A stretch of 23,245 bases of DNA from a virus (lineage: Duplodnaviria > Heunggongvirae > Uroviricota > Caudoviricetes), in the IMG/VR virus record IMGVR_UViG_2718217709_000004; one strand, 5' to 3'. The notes below the pieces were generated by a model. It ran no database searches, had not been told where the DNA came from, and worked only from the letters and a program-made list of their open reading frames with translations. Below are positions 18,950-23,245 of the stretch, in pieces. The translations under genes and the position numbers were made by a program. Position 1 is the first letter of the stretch, and each line of letters starts with the position of its first letter.

Positions 18950-19170
18950 GACGGATTCATGGCTGCAACTGTTGACTGTGTTTTAAGAGTGTCGATTTCT
19001 TTGCTCTGTTCCTCAATAACTTTGGCTGCTTCAGAGGCGGCTATTGCGATGGTCAGTGCGTAAAGCGCTGCCATATGTTGATTATCTTTCTGGGCTGCCC
19101 TGGACAGCTTGTCTTGCTCTGCTGACACTATTTTTAATGTATTGATAATATTTTTTTCTTTTGCGTTCAT
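18950..19170 (-). CDS. hypothetical coiled-coil protein (N-terminal ~70 codons of track ORF 18784..19170)
   Basis: The N-terminal part is helical and protein-like; beyond about 18950 the same frame becomes low-complexity and overlaps the 18753..18944 ORF, suggesting a frameshift or an early natural stop. Confidence 0.3.
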
Positions 19171-19262
19171 TTTATATCTCCGTTATTTACGTGTGCGAAT
19201 ACCTCCGCGAATGCGGATAGTTTTCAGGTTTTCGGGTTTAATCTGGTGTTTTGTTTAAGCTG

Positions 19263-19376
19263 TTATTTGTCAGTAAAAAAGCGTTCAATCTTTTTTACTG
19301 AATGAATAATTCGCATAATCCCAATGGCGCAGGCCACCGAAATAATCAGAACAAGCCATGAGATAAATATACTCAT
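19263..19376 (-). CDS. small single-pass membrane peptide (37 aa)
   Basis: Hand translation gives MSIFISWLVLIISVACAIGIMRIIHSVKKIERFFTDK; the ATG overlaps the stop of the upstream gene (ATGA). Below the ORF-track size cutoff. Confidence 0.45.
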   Translation of the reverse strand: MSIFISWLVLIISVACAIGIMRIIHSVKKIERFFTDK

Positions 19377-19615
19377 GCGATATTCCCCAGCTTATACGGT
19401 TCAATGTGTTCCCCGCATTCTGCGGCACAGATCAGCTCGGAAAGTTCGTTAAGTGCATCCAGATCATCAGCGTAAAAAGCAACGTCATACAAACTCCGGA
19501 TTGCCCTGGTCAATGAGTCACGGGCTGCATGTTCAGCATGAGCGCCTGATGCACTTAAGCGAAAATAAAATCGTTCAAGTGCTTTGTTAATGAGAGTTTT
19601 ATATTCTTTGCCCAT
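19373..19615 (-). CDS. hypothetical early protein (80 aa)
   Basis: Intact ORF in the early operon; family not recognised. Confidence 0.5.
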   Translation of the reverse strand: MGKEYKTLINKALERFYFRLSASGAHAEHAARDSLTRAIRSLYDVAFYADDLDALNELSELICAAECGEHIEPYKLGNIA

Positions 19616-19626
19616 CGCAACGCCCT

Positions 19627-19905
19627 TTAATCTGCTTTCTGAATTTCAGCTTCTGAATCCATACAAATAATTTCGATATAGGGTTCATCGCCATTAACCT
19701 GACGTGCCTTTTCAGCTTCGCTAATGATTTCTCGTACGGTCTGGTACGGAAGCTCCACAGTCAGGCGCGTACCGTTCAGATAAACGTAAGTAGTTGCGTT
19801 TTTTTCGGATGGAACAACTCCGTCAATGGCTGATGCGCGTAATAACAGTTCACCGCGAAAATCAATAAAACGGATAAATACACCTTGTGCATGCTCTTTG
19901 GTCAT
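19627..19905 (-). CDS. hypothetical early protein (~92 aa)
   Basis: Start placed at MTKEHAQG (ATG 19903-19905), 10 nt after the upstream stop; the longer track ORF would overlap the preceding gene. Confidence 0.45.
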   Translation of the reverse strand: MTKEHAQGVFIRFIDFRGELLLRASAIDGVVPSEKNATTYVYLNGTRLTVELPYQTVREIISEAEKARQVNGDEPYIEIICMDSEAEIQKAD

Positions 19906-19915
19906 AAAGCACCTG

Positions 19916-20266
19916 TTATAAATCAGCCTGTTTAATAAAACTTTGCCCGCGAAGCAGACGATCAACCGTGCGAAGTGCTTCGTATAATGTGAAATCCTGC
20001 CCGAAGTGATTGTCGCCGCAGTTCAATGCAAAAATGCGGTTTCCGGTAAACGGATTGCGTGGGCATTTGTGGATCACGATTCCAGCTTTCTCAATCAGCC
20101 AGGCATGCTCGCCGATTTGTTTTACAGCGTGGCCATCCGGTGTTGCGTGCGTCTCGTTCAGGTTATAGCGACTGTTACTACGTGATGCACTGGTAGCGAC
20201 GTGGTGTACATGGCGTTCTACGCTATTACGAAATTTGGAGTATGGATTATTAGCGTTTTTTTTCAT
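19916..20266 (-). CDS. hypothetical early protein (116 aa)
   Basis: Intact ORF; family not recognised. Confidence 0.5.
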   Translation of the reverse strand: MKKNANNPYSKFRNSVERHVHHVATSASRSNSRYNLNETHATPDGHAVKQIGEHAWLIEKAGIVIHKCPRNPFTGNRIFALNCGDNHFGQDFTLYEALRTVDRLLRGQSFIKQADL

Positions 20267-20287
20267 GATGGTGCTCTGTTCATTGTT

Positions 20288-20491
20288 TTAGCTGTTAGCC
20301 AAAGCGTCTTTTAACATCGCCACAAGGTTTACTTCAGGCTTTTCCATTTTGGCGCGTTTGGGGCGGATAATAATTCGACCGTCAGCCAACATCTTTTTGC
20401 ATGTATTAAGAGGGATACCTGTTATCTCTGCATATTTCTGCAGGGATACATAGGGGGCATTCACATTGATATTGATGGTTATACCTGACAT
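20288..20491 (-). CDS. small DNA-binding protein, Cox/Apl-like (possible excisionase / switch regulator)
   Basis: 67 aa; YVSLQKYAEITGIPLNTCKKMLADGRI resembles the helix-turn-helix of P2 Cox-type proteins; second gene of the lytic-side operon. Confidence 0.45.
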   Translation of the reverse strand: MSGITININVNAPYVSLQKYAEITGIPLNTCKKMLADGRIIIRPKRAKMEKPEVNLVAMLKDALANS

Positions 20492-20507
20492 CCCACTAGC
20501 CTCCTGA

Positions 20508-20714
20508 TCAGGAAGATTTGTTTTGTTCTTTCTGGGTTAGCTCTAGGCCGCGAAGGAAGATCATGCGCGCCATGTTAGAGGATGAGCGTTGTTCTTTAGC
20601 TGCCATTTCATCAATGACGGCTCGCTCCTCGAGGGACAGCCGAAGTGCCAGTCTTGGACCTGTGGCGGTGTTACGCGGAATGCGTGATCTGGTATCGTGA
20701 AGAACTTGTTTCAT
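20508..20714 (-). CDS. ribbon-helix-helix (Arc/CopG-like) regulator, first gene of the lytic-side operon
   Basis: ALRLSLEERAVIDEMAAKEQRSSSNMARMIFLRGLE fits the beta-strand / helix / helix pattern of RHH proteins; transcribed divergently from the repressor gene. No obvious RBS. Confidence 0.5.
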   Translation of the reverse strand: MKQVLHDTRSRIPRNTATGPRLALRLSLEERAVIDEMAAKEQRSSSNMARMIFLRGLELTQKEQNKSS

Positions 20715-20756
20715 AGTGGTATATTGTGATCATCTAATAGCTCGTGAAATCATTTT

Positions 20757-20774
20757 GGTATCAAAAAAGATACC
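20757..20774. promoter_or_regulatory. palindromic candidate operator in the divergent switch region
   Basis: Perfect inverted repeat ggtatc-aaaaaa-gatacc between the divergent RHH and XRE genes; a second ggtat half-site and a tgatca palindrome lie at 20718-20732. Confidence 0.4.
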
Positions 20775-20790
20775 TGTCAAGGTTTTTTGT

Positions 20791-21195
20791 ATGAAAAATG
20801 ATATTGGTCAGCGGTTGCGTGAGGAAAGGGAAAGATTGGGACTTAGTCAAGTTGCCATGAGCGACATTGGTGGAGTCAAAAAGCTAACTCAGCTTAGATA
20901 TGAGAAAGGAGATAGCTTTCCTGATGCTGCGTATTTGGCAGCGCTGTCTCGTTTTGGCCTTGATGTTCAGTATGTTGTGTTGGGAATTCACTCACCTGAA
21001 ACTTATAACGATGATGAGCAGGAGTTGATTACTCGCTTTCGAGCAGCTTCGTTAGATGTGAAAAACGCGGTGATTGGGGCTTTAAAAGGTGCGATCAGTG
21101 AAAAGGAAACTCAGCCATCAGGACGTGAGTTAAATATTTCTGGTGGTAATAACCGTATCGCTGGTCGTGACTATAACGAAACTAAGGGTAGGTGA
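20791..21195 (+). CDS. XRE-family helix-turn-helix repressor (CI-like immunity repressor candidate)
   Basis: IGQRLREERERLGLSQVAMSDIGGVKKLTQLRYEKGDSFPDAAYLAALSRFGLDVQYVVLG is a classic Cro/CI-type HTH; divergent from the lytic operon and co-directional with int. Start taken at ATG 20791 (MKNDIGQ), possibly leaderless, rather than the upstream GTG at 20716. Confidence 0.7.
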   Translation: MKNDIGQRLREERERLGLSQVAMSDIGGVKKLTQLRYEKGDSFPDAAYLAALSRFGLDVQYVVLGIHSPETYNDDEQELITRFRAASLDVKNAVIGALKGAISEKETQPSGRELNISGGNNRIAGRDYNETKGR

Positions 21196-21210
21196 TAGTA
21201 GGGAGGTGAC

Positions 21211-21861
21211 ATGGCCGTCAACTCAAACGGTTCAAACAATCGCGTTGCTGGGCGTGATTTTCACGAAAAGAATATTCAGATAGAGCGATATGATGGTTCT
21301 CATACCGTCAATATCGCAATCCCTTCGAATAATGATGATGACGATCGCCCTTTGCTTAAGGCTCAGCGTAAGGAGCTAAATAGCTTGGTTGCTGCTATTG
21401 CAGAAGCTAGCAATACTGAAGCGTTTATTATTTGGCAAAAAGTACATGCGGAGATTGGTGTAGCTGGTATTGATGATATGACAGTAAATCAATATAAAAC
21501 AGCGGAGAGTTTTCTGCATGCAATGCTTGAGCGATGTAAAGATCATGATGCCTGTAAGGCTCTTGTAAGTTTATTACTACGTAACAGTGAAGACTGTGGA
21601 CTTCGACAAAAACTTCTGCGGTATTGCCATATCAATTTCGGTACAGGACGTTTAAACGATCTTACTCGTTCTCAGTTACAGTCTGCATTGTCGTGGTTAG
21701 AGCAACAATCGGCATCAAGCCACACAGAGAGTTCGACCTTACCAGAAGTCCGACTTCGTGCTTCAGAATTAATCCGACTTTATCCAAAAGAAATAATATT
21801 CTTTATCTGCGTAGGGGTTTTGGTAGGCGGTGTCATTTCTAGGGCGTTTTTTAATTTGTAA
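21211..21861 (+). CDS. tail-anchored membrane protein of unknown function (216 aa)
   Basis: Strong GGGAGG RBS; soluble N-terminal domain with a DDDD tract and a C-terminal hydrophobic helix IIFFICVGVLVGGVI. Its N-terminus repeats the C-terminal motif of the upstream repressor. AT-rich. Confidence 0.6.
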   Translation: MAVNSNGSNNRVAGRDFHEKNIQIERYDGSHTVNIAIPSNNDDDDRPLLKAQRKELNSLVAAIAEASNTEAFIIWQKVHAEIGVAGIDDMTVNQYKTAESFLHAMLERCKDHDACKALVSLLLRNSEDCGLRQKLLRYCHINFGTGRLNDLTRSQLQSALSWLEQQSASSHTESSTLPEVRLRASELIRLYPKEIIFFICVGVLVGGVISRAFFNL

Positions 21862-21890
21862 TCTTACTTGAGCTAAATTGAGGTAATGAT

Positions 21891-22238
21891 ATGAAAGTAA
21901 AAAAGGTTCAACTATTAGTTACTTTTTTATCTATGTTTTCTTTTTCCGCCGTCGCAATGCCTTTTAAAACTATTGAACGTGAGAGTTTCAATGGGGTATG
22001 GCCATTTAATACTGATGAGGTTCAATTACAGTGTCTTGATGGTAATCCTTATGTGATGAATTTTGACGATAATAAGTTATATGCACTTACAGGTTTGGCT
22101 CGAATAAAAGGTAAAACATTTGGTGCGTTACCGTTAGATAACAATAATCCATTTTGGCTAGATAATGATGCCGCCCCAGGGTTAAAAAAGAGCCTGGGGG
22201 ATGTCACTAAGGCTGCATTTGATTTATGTGATAAGTAA
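21891..22238 (+). CDS. secreted small protein with a Sec signal peptide, DUF2511 (YebY)-like
   Basis: N-terminal MKVKKVQLLVTFLSMFSFSAVA signal peptide, two Cys, WPF and YALTG motifs; GAGGTAA RBS. The family assignment is from memory, not a search. Confidence 0.55.
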   Translation: MKVKKVQLLVTFLSMFSFSAVAMPFKTIERESFNGVWPFNTDEVQLQCLDGNPYVMNFDDNKLYALTGLARIKGKTFGALPLDNNNPFWLDNDAAPGLKKSLGDVTKAAFDLCDK

Positions 22239-22243
22239 CTAAA

Positions 22244-23245
22244 ATGTCGGTTCGTAAGATTCCATCAGGTAAATGGCTTTGCGAATGTTATCCCTACGGG
22301 GCATCGGGAAAACGCATTCGTAAACAGTTTGCGACAAAAAGTGAGGCGCTCTCTTATGAGCGCCGTTTAATGAATAGTAGAGTTGGAGACGAGTTTCAAG
22401 ATGGTTCTGGTCCTCGTCTTTCTGAGTTGATTGCTCGTTGGTTTGAGATGTACGGTAAAACCTTGTCCTCTGGTGCAGAGCGCAAAGTCAAACTTGAGGC
22501 GATTTGTTCCAGGCTGGGAGATCCATTTGCTTCTCAGTTTGACAAAAATATGTTTGCCACTTATCGGGAAAGAAGGTTATCAGGAGAGTGGAATCCCAAG
22601 GGGAAGAAAAAACTTAGTGAAGCAACCGTTAATCGCGAGCAGTCATATCTACATGCTGTTTTTGCCGAACTGAAGCGCCTTGGGGAGTGGTCTGGTGAAA
22701 ACCCCCTGACTGGTATTCGCAAGTTTCGTGAGGAAGAAAAGGAACTGGCGTTTCTGTATGTAGATGAGATTGAACGCCTTCTGATTGCGTGTGATGAGTC
22801 ACGGAATAAAGATTTGGGGGTTGTTGTCCGTATTGGGCTTGCGACTGGTGCTCGGTGGAGTGAAGCAGAAGGGTTAAAGCAATCTCAAGTACTGCCCGGT
22901 CGAATCACATTTGTTAAAACTAAAGGAAAGAAGAACCGCACTGTACCGATTTCACCTCAATTGCAGGCTATGCTTCCCAAAAAACGAGGAGCGCTATTTT
23001 CACCATGTTATGAGGCTTTTGACGCTGCAATTAAGAGAGCGAAGATCGAGCTTCCTGATGGGCAATTAACTCATGTGCTACGTCACACGTTTGCCAGTCA
23101 TTTTATGATGCGGGGCGGAAATATTCTTGTGTTGCAAAAAATACTGGGGCATAGCGATATAAAAATGACTATGCGTTATGCGCATTTTGCTCCAGGTCAT
23201 TTAGAGGCTGCTGTTGAATTGAACCCTTTTGACAATAGAGGGTAA
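22244..23245 (+). CDS. int: P2-type tyrosine integrase
   Basis: 333 aa; N-terminal GKRIRKQF...KSEA and C-terminal ...HVLRHTFASHFMMRGGNILVLQKILGHSDIKMTMRYAHFAP (catalytic R, H-x-x-R and Y) parallel P2 Int. The stop is at the window edge; att is expected beyond it. Confidence 0.85.
   Translation: MSVRKIPSGKWLCECYPYGASGKRIRKQFATKSEALSYERRLMNSRVGDEFQDGSGPRLSELIARWFEMYGKTLSSGAERKVKLEAICSRLGDPFASQFDKNMFATYRERRLSGEWNPKGKKKLSEATVNREQSYLHAVFAELKRLGEWSGENPLTGIRKFREEEKELAFLYVDEIERLLIACDESRNKDLGVVVRIGLATGARWSEAEGLKQSQVLPGRITFVKTKGKKNRTVPISPQLQAMLPKKRGALFSPCYEAFDAAIKRAKIELPDGQLTHVLRHTFASHFMMRGGNILVLQKILGHSDIKMTMRYAHFAPGHLEAAVELNPFDNRG

Noticed and set aside
20716-20790. Upstream GTG start for the repressor ORF (159-aa version)
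   Set aside because: It would place coding sequence across the operator palindromes and begin 2 nt from the divergent gene start; the ATG at 20791 gives a standard HTH N-terminus.
1-23245. tRNA or other stable RNA gene marking the attachment site
   Set aside because: No cloverleaf-like sequence was recognised by eye; the att site is probably beyond the right edge past int. A tRNA scan should confirm.

Overview
This window is a decayed P2-family prophage, read here in reverse relative to the canonical P2 map. All calls come from reading the translated ORFs and the DNA by eye; no database search or HMM was run. Left to right: a Hok/Gef-like type I toxin gene with its terminator; ogr and D on the minus strand; FI-FII-E/E'-T-U on the plus strand; an AT-rich hexapeptide acetyltransferase cargo gene; tail fibre assembly G-like, tail fibre H and baseplate I on the minus strand; an out-of-frame O'-J' fusion; a truncated terminase P; replication gene A and a string of small early genes on the minus strand; then a divergent switch region, an XRE-type repressor, two cargo ORFs and a P2-type integrase on the plus strand. 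Capsid, lysis, portal, cos and most baseplate genes are absent, so the element is almost certainly defective. The tail sheath-to-U block is inverted relative to its neighbours. The best candidates for something undescribed are the repressor-to-integrase cargo module (20791-22238) and the acetyltransferase at the G-proximal variable locus (7828-8391).
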